DNA of 64,000 bases from the human T2T-CHM13v2.0 reference genome, Homo sapiens, in NCBI RefSeq assembly GCF_009914755.1, contig NC_060947.1; one strand, given 5' to 3'. Shown here one piece after another: positions 49,110-61,860 of this stretch. The notes beneath the pieces are model-generated. The model ran no database searches and was not told where the DNA came from. It was given only the letters and a program-made list of their open reading frames with translations. Position 1 is the stretch's first letter. Every line of letters starts with the position of its first letter. Made by a program: the position numbers and the translations under genes.

Positions 49110-49548
49110 TGTATTAACATCATAGGGCAGAACTAATAATGTATCACAAATTGGGTGGCATAAAAGAGAAGAAATATATTTTCTCACAGTTTTGCAGGCT
49201 AGAAGTCTGAAATCAAGATGTCATGAAGGTTGGTTCCTTCTGAAGGCTCTGAGGGAGAATCTATTCCATATCTTCCACCTAGCTCCTGAAGACAGTCAGC
49301 AAGCCCTGGCACTTCTTGCCTTGTAGCTGCAACACTCCATTATACCTTCATCTTCACAAGGCGTTCTCTCTGTATATGTCTATCTTCACATGGTCATTTT
49401 CTTATCAGTACACCAATCATATTGAATTAAGAGTCCCTTTACCCAATATGACCATATTTTAACTAATTATATTTACAACACATTCTGCAGTACTGTGGGT
49501 TAGGCCTTCAACATATCATTTTTGAGGGACACAATTCAACCCATAACA
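49110..49548 (-). mobile_element. MLT1 (MLT1C-like) MaLR solo LTR
   Basis: ctcacagttttgcaggctagaagtctgaaatcaag ... acacaattcaacccataaca. Confidence 0.85.
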
Positions 49549-49569
49549 GTGACTTAATCAAAAACAGAG

Positions 49570-49770
49570 AATTTTAGAAAAAGAGATATTGGGGTTTAAG
49601 TTTTGACTCCACTTTGGGTCCTGGATGAGTCATTTATTTTCTCAGAGTTCATTTCCTTATATGTAAAATGGAGATAATATTTACTTCATTTTGTTTTGTG
49701 AAGATCAATGCTGATCTATGTAGAAATTGTGGCACATAGTAGAGCATCCAAACCATGACATTTTTTATTA
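49570..49770 (+). mobile_element. MIR
   Basis: catttccttatatgtaaaatggagataat ... tggcacatagta. Confidence 0.65.
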
Positions 49771-50248
49771 ATATTAGTGCAAGATTTATTTGTCAGATAA
49801 CTGACAGGTCAGGTTATATTTAGTAGAGTTAATGCCATCCATATAATTTTTGAATCGTTTCCTATGTTGAGTCTAATGCTTGCTGACATAATTTCCATTC
49901 TGATGCTTCCACATTATTATATTGTAAACTGTACCTTATCACATCACAGATGAAAATAATTTGTGTTTTGACATCACAGACTCAGTAATTTTTAAAAATT
50001 CAGACACTCCAAAGATTATCCTCAAATAATGGCTGCAAATTTGCAGTTGAATCTGATTTAGCAGGAATGGATACAAAATTTTATTTTCAGATCGCTTCCT
50101 ATTAGTTAGAACTTTGACAAGCATCACAAGCAAAAGTGCATTTTCTAATATAATGTATATCTTTCCCCATAAATTAACTCAAAGTTTGCTTAGTTTAGAA
50201 AAGAACATGACTAATTTAAGTTTATTGCTGACAATGGCCATTACCATG

Positions 50249-50250
<2 letters not shown>

Positions 50251-50291
<41 letters not shown>

Positions 50292-50297
50292 TGTGTG
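50251..50297. repeat. (GT)n microsatellite, about 19 perfect units
   Basis: Read directly from the sequence. Confidence 0.95.
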
Positions 50298-52461
50298 GTG
50301 GAGGTGGGAGGAAGCTGTTATTGAAAATGTGTAGGAAATGCAGATTTGAAGAAATGTACTAGATAGGAAAACATATGCAGCCTGTGCCGAGAGCATAAAG
50401 GCCACTGTCAGCTTTTCAAAAGCCCAGCGTTTTACAATTTTCAGAGATACACAGTGCAGATGTGTCAGGCAGAATTTGGCCCACAGTGTTTAGATTAGCA
50501 GGAAATCAATTAATCCATCCTAATATCCAAAGGGCTATTGCTGGATCTCGGAGGTCATAAATTTACACCACTCTTTCATCATTCTGGGCCCCAGATGGCC
50601 TTAAATGGACATAAGGCATAATGAGATCTAGGAAGACATTATTATATTATTAGGTTAAAATTCACAGCCCCATCCCTTTTTCTAGACTGGCAGGGATAGT
50701 TTTCTTGAAGTGTTAATATCCACTGTTGATTGACTGTGCCGACTGCTTTAAGAGTTCACAGTATTTACTTTAGATATAAATAGTATTATTGGTAGCCAAG
50801 ACTACAACAAAGACACCCATTCATATGGCAGTTCACCCAGCTATTGCAACAACGATAATGTCTACTTTTCTCAGTTTATATTTACAGCTTTAAAAGGTAT
50901 TATTTTAGCAATGGAAAAACAGAATATAAACTTTATCATAACGGCCACTGAATGTTGTCAATGCATCCTTAAACCAGTAGTTTCATAAATGGCTCTTTTG
51001 AAACCAGAAAGTCATAAGAAAGCAAAATAGAATGAAGTTTGAAATGTGTGCTTGTTTAAAACTTCTTCCACCATCTCTGGCTGAGAATACAGGTGGCCAA
51101 GCACAAGAGTTCCTGCCAATTTCTAAAGTTACGCTTTTATCCACTAAACAAGCATCCTGATCCGGGTTACCAAACAGGGCACTCAACAGGAGCCCTGGGT
51201 GTGCATATTAAATATCACTTATGCCTCTGCCTGGGCTATCCACTTAAGGGAAGGCTAGATCTCAGTCTGTTTCACTCTTTTCCTGTACTCTAGTTTTAGG
51301 TAATGAACTTTCCCCAGAGACCTTTCTCAGAAAGGATCTTCATGTAGAACAGTTGATGCACATGCTTCTATTTTGAAAACCACATGTTCAGCACATTTTG
51401 CTTTTCTGAAATGGAATATGGTTTAAGTTTGTTTCAATCCAAAGAGGTTTGGCCGGAAGGACTTATGTCAAAGTGCAAAAGGTTTTATACACAGTAAAGT
51501 TTTTTTTTCTTTCTTCTTCTTCCTCTCATGGCCCAAAGAGGAGAAAAATGATAAAACATACTCTTTATGCCACAATAGCAGTTACTTTTGTACATATGAA
51601 TAAATTGACAGGGCAGCTTGTTCAGAAAACACCATTCTTTTTATTTATCTTGGATTCAGCTGATTTATTATAAGAGTCACATCAAGAAAAGAAGTACTTG
51701 CCTCTAATATGAAACTTAATATGTATTCACAGTAAACAGTCTCAATGTCAGAATTTAATGGATCTTATTAAAAGCCCATTCATGAAGTAACTAGGCTATT
51801 GTGTCAGCATGGTACCCAGGAAGTTCTTATTTTAAACAGCTCCCTTAAATCAGTATTCATATTCAATGAAATATGCATCTTAATATGGAAAAATTGTGAC
51901 CTATACAATGAATTACAAAATTAAGATTTGATAGTTTATTTCTAAATAATGTTAAATCATAGTCAATAATGTCACTGAAAAGGCGTTATCTCTGACATTA
52001 CTTCATAAAGTCTGTGTTAATCCAATGCCAGTTTAAGGGTAAAAATATTAGAAGTTGACTTTTTAAGGAGAAGAGATAATTTTTAACTTTTTAGATTTAA
52101 GAATCCCAAGAATCCCCATTTATAAATATACATGTTGCATTTTATCTTCACAAGCCTTAAGTCTTCATATTTAAAACCACATTAAAGTGGTTTGTCTCCA
52201 TAGCTTGTCTTAAATGAAATCAACAATGATTTATTGAGTTCTCAGCTGATTCAAAGCATAATGGTGGAAACTGTTGAAGGGATCCTAAAGTACCAGACGT
52301 CATTTTCATTTCATAGAGTTTATTTTCTAATCTATTTAAGATGACAAGACCAACATACATAAGAAATTAATAATAAATTAAAATTGATAACTTATATCCT
52401 TATGCAAAGACCCAGTTCTAGTCACAGTATTGCTGTTTACTTGTTTTTAATTGATCAAACA

Positions 52462-52779
52462 TTTATTTTTTATTATTTTTATTCACATAAATTTATAGGT
52501 TACAAGTGTAATTTTCATGAATAGATTGCATAGTAAAGCCAATGTTTTTAGGGTATCCATCATCTGTATAATGTACATTGTACCTATTAAGTAATTTCTT
52601 ATCTTCCACCCCTCCCACCCTCCACCTGTCTGAGTCTCCATTGTCTATCATTCAGCACTCCACCTACATGTGTGTACACTGTTTAGCTCTCACTTATAAC
52701 TGAGAACATGCAGTGTCTGTCTTTCTGTGTTTTAATCATTTCACTTAAGATAATGGCCTCCAATTCTATCCATGTTGCC
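52462..52779 (-). mobile_element. L1PB4-like 3' end
   Basis: tgtacattgtacctattaagtaattt ... cacttaagataatggcctcc. Confidence 0.8.
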
Positions 52780-53484
52780 AGAACTGAGCTTAGGGAAATG
52801 TAATCCTTGCTCTGCCTCCTTCATAGGCTTCTTATGAAGAACGAATGAGATGACATGCTTAGTTAGTTACACAAATACACAGAAATGTAATGAGTTGGTG
52901 CCAAAGCAGATAAGGGGTTAGGATTGGCTGAGTTTATGTTTTACTATCTACAATGGGTTTATATGTGAAAGTTGTATGTCACAAATCTTTTGGAAGACAT
53001 CACTATAATCTACATATTATTATGTTTTTTTACTCTTTCGTGTTATTTTTTATTGCTGAAATAACCCATTTGAATTTGAAATGTTGTGTTGGTTTCATGT
53101 GAATGCCATTGAAGCAAAATGAAAAACCAAGTGAGAGTTGAATGGCTGTGATTATTATTACATTTTGGGAAATAGAGTCTGAAGAATAACTCACTGGTAG
53201 TTACAATGTAAAACACTGGACTACTTAAACAGATATAAATATTTAAGAGAAAAAAGTCACTTTAGTCAACTCTTTCTCCATGTATCACCCATTAACCTAT
53301 ATCAGAACACTAGAAAATACTTTGAGATAAAACTTGAAATTATAATAGTGTTTAGTTAAAACACTGCAAACATGCTGTGTATGGTTAGAATTGATCATAT
53401 AGCTGCCTATTAAGCATTCTTAGTATAGTCAGGTAGGTGGAATTTAAAGCTGTCTGCATGGGAAGAAAGCCAAGTCCACTCCTG

Positions 53485-53578
53485 AGATGTGTGGGTGATG
53501 TGGCTGTTACATCTGGCACCTTAATGATTGCCAGGATTGATTGAACCAATTTAGTTAAGGAACTTGCTGCCTTCCTCC
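53485..53578 (+). pseudogene. 7SK snRNA retropseudogene (5' ~95 nt)
   Basis: gatgtgtgggtgatgtggctgttacatctggcacc...tgattgccaggattgatt aligns to 7SK GGATGTGAGGGCGATCTGGCTGCGACATCTGTCACC...TGATCGCCAGGGTTGATT. Confidence 0.8.
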
Positions 53579-54318
53579 TGGTTATATTAACAGTATATCT
53601 TGATAACTTGAAATCACTTTCTTATAAAGTGTGGTATGATACCATCTATAAATCCTTCCATAGCAGTAGTCAAAACTGTCTATTTTTTATTTGTTTTTCA
53701 TTTTTTCTATAGCCATTCTCAAATGGATAAAAACAACAAAAAGAAATTGTGCCCGCCTACACTAAAGGGAAGACAGTTTGGTAAAAGGAACGAAATTCAG
53801 ATTAAACATTATAGATTGTAAGATCACATTAAGAACCCAAAGCACTGCATAACTGCTTTTCTCGAGTTACTGAAGTTATATTTTCTCCATATCAAAATGA
53901 AAACACGAAGGATGTTGCCCAGGTCATCAGAAACCTTCCATAAAACACATACACAATTTGAAAATAAAGTTTGAACTCTTCTTAAAAGTGTTCAGAGTAC
54001 AGTAGGTATGAGCATCAAATCTGTGTTTTTTTTTTTTAATTCATAAACCCTTGCTGCTGTATGATAAAGTTCAGGTGCCAGAGAATTTGAGTACTAACAA
54101 CAACAGGCCACTAAGTTCCGGTATGTTTAGAGAAATTTTTCTTTTAAACTTTTCTGTGTTGGAGAGATGTGGAGACATCATCTACCTCCTTAAGATTCTT
54201 ATAAAATCCATAGCCTTTTCTGCAGAAAAATAGACATGCATAAAAATAAACAAAAATTATATCTTTGAGGAGGTTCATTGAACTTTTGAAATCTCTTTTG
54301 AACTCAGATTTTAATAAT

Positions 54319-54344
54319 AACCGGTTCTGTGAGTCATTTCCTGT
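54319..54344. promoter_or_regulatory. Candidate epithelial enhancer core (GRHL + AP-1 + ETS motifs)
   Basis: AACCGGTT 54319-54326, TGAGTCA 54330-54336, ATTTCCTGT 54336-54344; local CpG retention. Motif evidence only. Confidence 0.4.
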
Positions 54345-55734
54345 ACACACCACGGAGATTCCCCGACAGTCGAATCAAGAGGAATAAGTAAGCAGGATTT
54401 GCAGAGAACATTTGGCAGAGCAGACAAAACAAATTCTTTAAAATAGAGGCCAACAAACCTCACTTTGTATAGATTTAGCTATGGCTTAATATCATTGTGT
54501 AGTTTTTCAGGCTTTCATTGTCATTGTTAGGTTAATCACTTCAATTTAAACAATTAAAAATTTAACCGAGAGCTTACCTGTATCATGGAACAGTTATACT
54601 ATTCAAACTTTATAAAATGTCAGGCCTTTTTGAGAAAAATTTGGCTTTAATTCTGAAATGTCATTTTTTATAAATATTTTATCTGCTTTTATTTTTAGAA
54701 CTATTTATGTGCCTTTCCTCATGATTAATCTGAGAGAAAAATACATTCTCCTATCAAGGCCTATAACTTAGATAGTATTTTACAAAATAATTTCTAACAA
54801 TGTCTTATGTAGTTATTTCCAAAGACAGGGAATCTTTTTCTGTTTGGGTTATAGATCACAGTGAAAGTTGCCACACATCAGCCTGAAAGCAGGGATGAGA
54901 AGAAATGGAAATAGCAGTTCCTGGTGAATGAATTGGCAAGGCTATATGCTGCCTTCCTGAGTCGGGAGAAAGACTGGAGAAAACTTGTATAAATGAATAT
55001 GGATGTAATTAACTGATCTTTCTTCAAGATTGTTCAAGAAAGGCATTTTGATTGTATTGGTCCCACATGGCATCTATACAGAGTTTCCTGGACTCTTTTT
55101 CTTTTAATCCTATCAGCCCATCTTATCACATGTATCTATTTTGATCAAAATAACAGTTTAAATACTTCTTTCCTCAGAAGCACACATATAATGTAATTGA
55201 GAATGCTATTATTTTTTTCAGGTTGAGCTTATTACAAAGCATAGCCCCAGAATAACACATTGGACCCTTTAGCTTCATGTTATTCCTCAGATATATTTGT
55301 CTAAAAGTACTTAACAAAAATGTTAAATAGTACAGGCTTGAGGACAGAATTCTGTGACTGAACTCTAGAATTCTCTTCAATGGTTGAAATGCTATTCGTC
55401 ATCTCCCAAATATTATTGTGCATAATCCACATTCACGTATCTATTTACCAAAAATCCCTACCAACTTTATGTGCTGTCTCATTTGCTCCTTTGAAGTATC
55501 AAATTGGCTTACTTCTATGATTAGTATATACTATCATTCCAATACTGGACTCTAAGTTTTTAACATTCTGACTCCCAAACTCTCTTCCTTTACCTCATAT
55601 ACAACCACTCATTTCCCTCGTTCTACATGTACTTTGTTCAATTTTAAGCCTTCTTTCCAGTTTATCCATGCTTATGCCCTCTGTAAAATTATTTAATCCC
55701 ACAGGAACATCTAATCTTATTCTTCTCCCTATTT

Positions 55735-55872
55735 CTTAAATGTTTAATTTTTGTGGGTATGTACCAGGTGTATGTATTTATAGGGTATATGGAATATTTT
55801 GATACAGGTATACAATGTGTAATAATCACATCAAGGTAAATGAAGTATTCATCACCTCAAGTATTTATCCTA
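55735..55872 (-). mobile_element. L1MA2/3-like short 3' end
   Basis: ttttgatacaggtatacaatgtgtaataatcacatca. Confidence 0.75.
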
Positions 55873-55929
55873 CCTGTTTTTAACTGCATATCTTCTCTCA
55901 GTTTCTTTTTTTTTTTTCTTTGTTTTATT

Positions 55930-56498
55930 GTGCGAGGGATGGAAACAAATCCCCCAGGAAGCCCCCCAAAAGCCAGAATATTGGATTCATGATTGAACTC
56001 TTCATGCTCAAGGAGAAGCTGAAACTTGGGGGTTTTCTGCTCAATTCTAATGAACTGGAGGGAGGTACTATGTTAAGTGGTTTTGTGCTATTCTGAATTG
56101 TTTTCTTTGCTTAATGCCCAACTGGGCACCCTTCCCTGTTAGTTCTTAGATTCAAGCAAAATAGATGTATATTCTCTAGTCATTCCCCCAAAAAGTCTGA
56201 ATGTTGGATGTAGGTTTCAGTCTTCTGTTTTCCTCCCCAGAGACAACTTGAGAGCTAAGAGTTTCCTCTTGATCATTCTACGTTAAGCAAAGAGGAAGAA
56301 CTATGGCAAGTGAGGTCATGAATGAGCTGGCTTTAATACAGCTGGTTTTGTATTTGCCTGGGGGTTCAAAAGCATATTAACTGGTTTGTGGATTTTTACA
56401 AACGGACATTGTTTATGTATTGTTGTTGAATCATTACCTTCATGGCTAAAGAAATGTCTGGAGCTTTCGTCCACCATCTTGCTGATGTGCCCCTCCCA
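55930..56498 (-). mobile_element. Old L1M 5'UTR remnant
   Basis: Ends ccaccatcttgctgatgt (YY1-like). Confidence 0.5.
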
Positions 56499-56499
56499 G

Positions 56500-58440
56500 A
56501 CTCCCCTTTTCATTTTTATTCTCACTTTATTGATTACCTTCCCTAGATTCCATAATCTATTATAATTACCCAGACCCATAACTTCTTAGACTCTTTTTTC
56601 CCTCACATATAATTTCCTGGAAAAATAAAACCTTGTTTAAATTCCACTCTTTGCCTACTCCATAACTGTCCCTGAACAATTCAATAAGGTTGAAAGGAAA
56701 TATAAAACCATGTTTATTCACCTCACTTTCAATGTATGTCAGAAAGTCTCAAGTGGGTCCAAGCAATTTAACTACATACCCCTAATTCAGGAATTGGCAA
56801 ATATTTTCTGCAAAAGATCTAATAGTACATATTTTAGGGATTGTGGGCCATGGGGTCTCTTGCAAATATTCAAATTTGCTATTGTAAAGCAGCCAAGGTA
56901 GCACATAAAAATAAGCATGGCTATGTTCCAATAGAACTTTATTTACAAAAACAGGCAGTGGCCAGATTAAATTACAGGCCATACTGTATGAACTCCTGCC
57001 CAAGTAAATTCACTCTCCTGTTTCCAAAGATGACTATTTTACATTTCCTTTCCTTTCTTTAGTACTCTAGTCCTTCCTCTCTTTTTCCCCACTCTGAACT
57101 GATGATCTTGTTTTATATATCTGAGAAAATACAAGGCATCAGAAGAGTGCTGCTTCATCTTCCGACCATTGAGTATACCTGCATACTTGCATATGTTGAT
57201 ATTTTCTTTGTGCTCCTTCCTTATTATTAGGGATAAACTAGGTTTCTACCTAACTCCAACTCTTCCACCTGGGAAGCACTCAAGGATGTCACTACTTGTC
57301 TCATCCCTTCTGCGCCATGTTTTCCCCCTCACTAGAGGATCTTTCCCATGAGCAAACATAATGCTGTATTTTCTCCCACATTAAAACAAAACAACAGAAA
57401 ACAAAAAGCAAAACAATAAGAACCTCAAAGACTCCGTCATTTAACCCCTTTTATTCTTCAAACCCAATGTCTCTTTTTATCATAGCAAAACTCCTTACAT
57501 AGTAGTTTATATTTATAATTTCCATTTATTTGCCTTCCCATCCTACTCCAATCAGGATTTTGTTCTCACCTCAAAACTGTACTTCATGTTACAGAAATTC
57601 ATGTTACCAAGTAGTCGTGTCTCAGTCTTCATCTTCTTTGATTTCTGAGCAGCATTTGGCACAAAGGATCAATCGCTTCTCTTTAAAACACTTTGACTAA
57701 GGTTCTGAGACACCACACTTTTCTTGTTTTGCTCTTAACTCATCTGATAATTATTATTCAGTATCATTTGTTGACTCATCCTCACCTCCTTGACTAATAA
57801 ATTTTGGAATATTTCAAGAATTATTCCTTAAAATTCTTTTCAGTTTGTACTGTCTTCTTAGATTATTATTTCTAGTTTCATGGCTTTTAAATTCTACATT
57901 TACATGACTGACTCCAAAATTTATATCTCCAACATCAACTCACCCTTGACCTTCAGACATATTTCTGACTGCTTAGTTAACATTTCTACCTGGATGACTT
58001 ATAGGCATCTCAAATTTCACATGTTCAAAAATAAATAATTGCTCCCAACCCCACCTCCTAATAGCAACTCCCACACCTCTTTTAGTCATCCCTGCCTCAG
58101 TAACATAACCATTTGCCAGTTGATTAGATCCAAAACCTAATAGGCCTTCTTGACTTCTCTTGATCTCTCATATCCTGTATCAATTCTGTTAGTGAATTTT
58201 GTTGGCTCTATGTTGGCTCTACCTTAAAAATATAGCTAGAATGTGACCACATTGTATCACTTCTATTGCCACTATCCTGGTCCAAATCTCCATTATATCT
58301 TGCCTAAACTATTGCAATATTCTCTTAATTGGTATCCTTGAAAATTGTTTCATTTTCCTATTTAAAACTCTTCATAAAACTTAGAATAGTAAACACAATC
58401 AATACTATAACAGGTCCTATGCCATCTGGACTATAGCTAC
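56500..58440 (+). mobile_element. L2a fragment interrupted by MER58A
   Basis: gcagcatttggcaca, ccaaaatttatatctcca, cctggatg...ggcatctcaaa. Confidence 0.7.
56788..56998. mobile_element. MER58A hAT-Charlie MITE
   Basis: cagg...ttggcaaa; ggctatgttccaatagaactttatttacaaaaacaggc; ends cctg. Confidence 0.8.
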
Positions 58441-59523
58441 TTTAGTGTACACTTCTTTAGAAATATTGTGATAAAGAAACCTTGCAAACTTTATGTCATC
58501 CAACACTTCCAATATTTATTTGATCACAAAAGTAACTTTTTCATCCCAAGAATAATTATAATTTTCTACAGAGCAACTGTTCTATATAAGACAGTTTGGA
58601 AAACAATGGGCTAGACATTTATGTTGTACTAAAATTAGAAATATGTTGTTTTATTATGGTAAGTTGGCTCTTATAATCTGATTTTCTACTCCTTGGCTAC
58701 TACATAATTTAACAGAACATGTCTGAAGTAGCAGAATTTTATAACAACCCAAAAATGTGTTTTGTTATTTAAAATTTTTGCCATATATAGTGTTTCAATG
58801 GTTGATACACAACCTCAAGAAGCAGTATATCCCAGAGAAGCAGAACTGTAACGTTACCTGTTTCTAAGAATGTCGTTATGTCCATGAACGTGACTTTAAA
58901 AAATGTATTGAATAGAATTTTTCTTAAACATAAATATTTTTCACTTCAAAAACTTGAAGTCACATCCAAAAGTTTTAATCATTCAGCAGCACTTACTAAA
59001 TTCAATAAATTATGATAGCTCATAGCAGTAGGAAGTCAAAATGAGAGTTAGAGGAAAGTACCATGAGCAAATCAGGGAGCTAAGTTTTAAAACCAGTTTT
59101 TGCCAGTTTTGCACTCATTAACTGCAAACAGGAAGAAATTCTTTTCCCAAGGCCTCAGCTTTTGTATGTAGTAAAGAAGTTTAAGATGTAGAGTTGGCCT
59201 ATATGTCACATTTTTCCTCTGATATTTAAGAATTCTAGCTAAAAATGTGAAATCCCTAATGTTTGTGGTTGGAAGACAGCATTTGCAAAAATTTAAGTTT
59301 TCTCAATGGAGCAACGATAACAACAAAAAAAATCCTTCTATAGTATGTCAAATTTCACTGGGTACTATATAGTATAATTTTTTTTTTACTTAGATGTTTG
59401 CTTTTCTTTTGTCACTTTATTTATATGTTACTCATTACATTCAGTCATAATAATGTAGTTAATCCTAGTCCAATGTTACCACATATCACAGGTGACAGTT
59501 ATTAGTCTACCAATTATGCCTAG

Positions 59524-59712
59524 GCATGTGATCAATCAGGCTGAGACATCTGTTACTGCATTGATTGACTTGGATGATCAGGCTTGTGAAATAGGTGGCC
59601 CCATCCTACTTTGCTGCCCCCAAGTACATCTGTCTCAAAGCTTACACTGCTGGAAGGGGATGACCATCCTTATTAGAGGACAGTCATTCTCTGGTCAGGA
59701 GTAGAGAAATAG
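59524..59712 (+). pseudogene. 7SK snRNA retropseudogene (5' ~200 nt)
   Basis: ggctgagacatctgtt...cattgat and gaaggggatgaccatcc...tagagga...ggtcaggagta match 7SK GAAGAGGACGACCATCCCCGATAGAGGAGG...GGTCAAGGGTA. Confidence 0.75.
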
Positions 59713-60469
59713 GGAATGTATATTTAGGGGTTCACTTTCCTGCTTCAACCTCACACAAGCTCTTGAACTCAATGACTCATTACTATAATTTATTTTGCCT
59801 TCAGTCACCCACTCTCTCCATAGCCTGAGGTGAAGTTAGACAGTATGTGGGAGGAAGAGGAAAGGAGTGCTTTTCTGAAATATATAAAAATATATTTAGT
59901 GGGCCTAGCCTGTATCTTTTGATACTAGATTAGATTCACAGCTGAAAACCACATAAAAGCAAGCTGTTTTTGAAAAAAAACTCAGGTTTTATTCTACATA
60001 TATGTTGTATTTACCTGTGACTATCAAGGTCAGGATTACATCTAAATTCACTCAGGGTTACATGTAAATTCCCAAATTGATTTGACTACTCATGTATCAA
60101 GTTAAGTAGAAATCAAGCCAATGGGTGAATATAGACATAGCTTGAATCAAACCATCAAATTATTGAAATAACTGATTAAACATACTGTTTTTTCAATGAC
60201 TTGAGCAACTATATGACTTTATGGATAAAATTATCCTGGAATTTGAAATGATATATCATAAATTTACTAACCCTATGTGGCAGATTCATGTGGGAATTTT
60301 CAAGTAGCTTGGAACCAGGTAAGTAATTTTTGTGCCATAAAATTAAATCCACATGAGTAGTTAATTTTTATCAGCATTTCTAAAAATATGTAGCATAAAT
60401 ATGCTATATGTTGAATAAATGAAGAGTATAGAAAGATTCTTAGTGATCTGGAGGAATTTACTATTTTTA

Positions 60470-61560
60470 AAAAGATATATAGGAGGAAATCTTTATGATT
60501 TTGTATCAGGCAGTGATACTTAGGCACAACATCAAAATCAGATGCTGTAAAAGGAAAACAATGATCAATTGAACTTAATTTAAAAAATATTTTGCACTCC
60601 AAAGACACTGTTAAGAGAACTACAGTTTAAATTACAGACCAGGGGAAAATATTAGCAAACATAATCATAAAAGACTTGTATCCACACGATATAAATAATA
60701 TTCAAAACTCAAAATAATTAAAAGGAAACATTTTTAAGGGTGAGAAAGATGTGAGCAGACACTTCACCAAAAAAGAAAATAAAAATCATAAATGAGAACA
60801 TAAAAATATGTCCTATAGCATTAGCCATTGGGAAAATGCAAATTGAAATCAAAATGAGATACTATCATATTTTAGCCTATTAGAATGGCTAAAATAAAAC
60901 TAACTGATAATATCAAGTGCCGACATTCTTGACATTGATGAAGGGGATGCAAAATAGGACAAAAACTCTGGAAAGCAGTTTGGAAGCTTCCCATAATATT
61001 AAATATACACTTTCCATATGACATTGTTATTGCACTCCTAGATGTAAACCCAGGTAAATGGAAAACTGACATTCACATAAATATCTAAACAACAACGTTT
61101 ATGTTGTCTCCATTTATAGTTTAAAAAATTTAAAAAAAAACCAAGAAAATATTTTCTATCACGAGAACAGAAAAAAAAATGTAGTTCTTCTATACATTGG
61201 AATACTACTCAACAATAGAAAAACAAACTATTGATGCACACAGCAGCATGGATTAATCTCAAATGCATTATACTAAGTGAAAATAGGCCCACTCAAAAGG
61301 CAATATAATATATTAGTTCATTAGTATAAATAGCAAAGGAAACAGTAGTTATGGAGAACGGATGAGTGCTTGCTAGGGTCTGGGAGAGAAGAGAGTGTTG
61401 ACTATGAAGGGGAAGTATGAGATTATTTTTGTGATTGTAAAAGTATTCTATGTCTTGATTATGCTGGTGGTTATACAATAGTATCCATCTGTGAGATTAC
61501 ATGGAGCTATACAACAAAAGGCTGAATTTTACCTCATGTAATGTATATTTTGTTGTTAAA
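60470..61560 (+). mobile_element. Old L1 (L1MC/MD-type) ORF2 end and 3'UTR
   Basis: agacacttcaccaaa, ggaaaatgcaaattgaa, gcatggattaatctcaaatgcattatactaagtgaaa. Confidence 0.75.
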
Positions 61561-61699
61561 AATACATGAAAAACATAGGAATGCAGAATGTAGCTTCTCA
61601 GATGTGAATTATTAACAATTATAGAGATATTTTTGGCTTTGTGAGCCCTTGATAATGTAGTAGCTGTGAGAAGTAGATGGGAACCAATATCTGGATGCT

Positions 61700-61860
61700 A
61701 AGTCTTGCTTTGCTACTATGTATCCTTAGGGGACAAAATATATAATTTTTATGTTCCACAATTTTCCTCATATGTAGAGTGGGGATAATAATTACTTCCA
61801 CATTTACTTCACAGGGTTATTTTGAGGACCAAAGTTGTCAACTGATGTGAAAATTCTTAG
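61700..61860 (+). mobile_element. MIR
   Basis: tttcctcatatgtagagtggggataataa ... cacagggttattttgagga. Confidence 0.6.
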
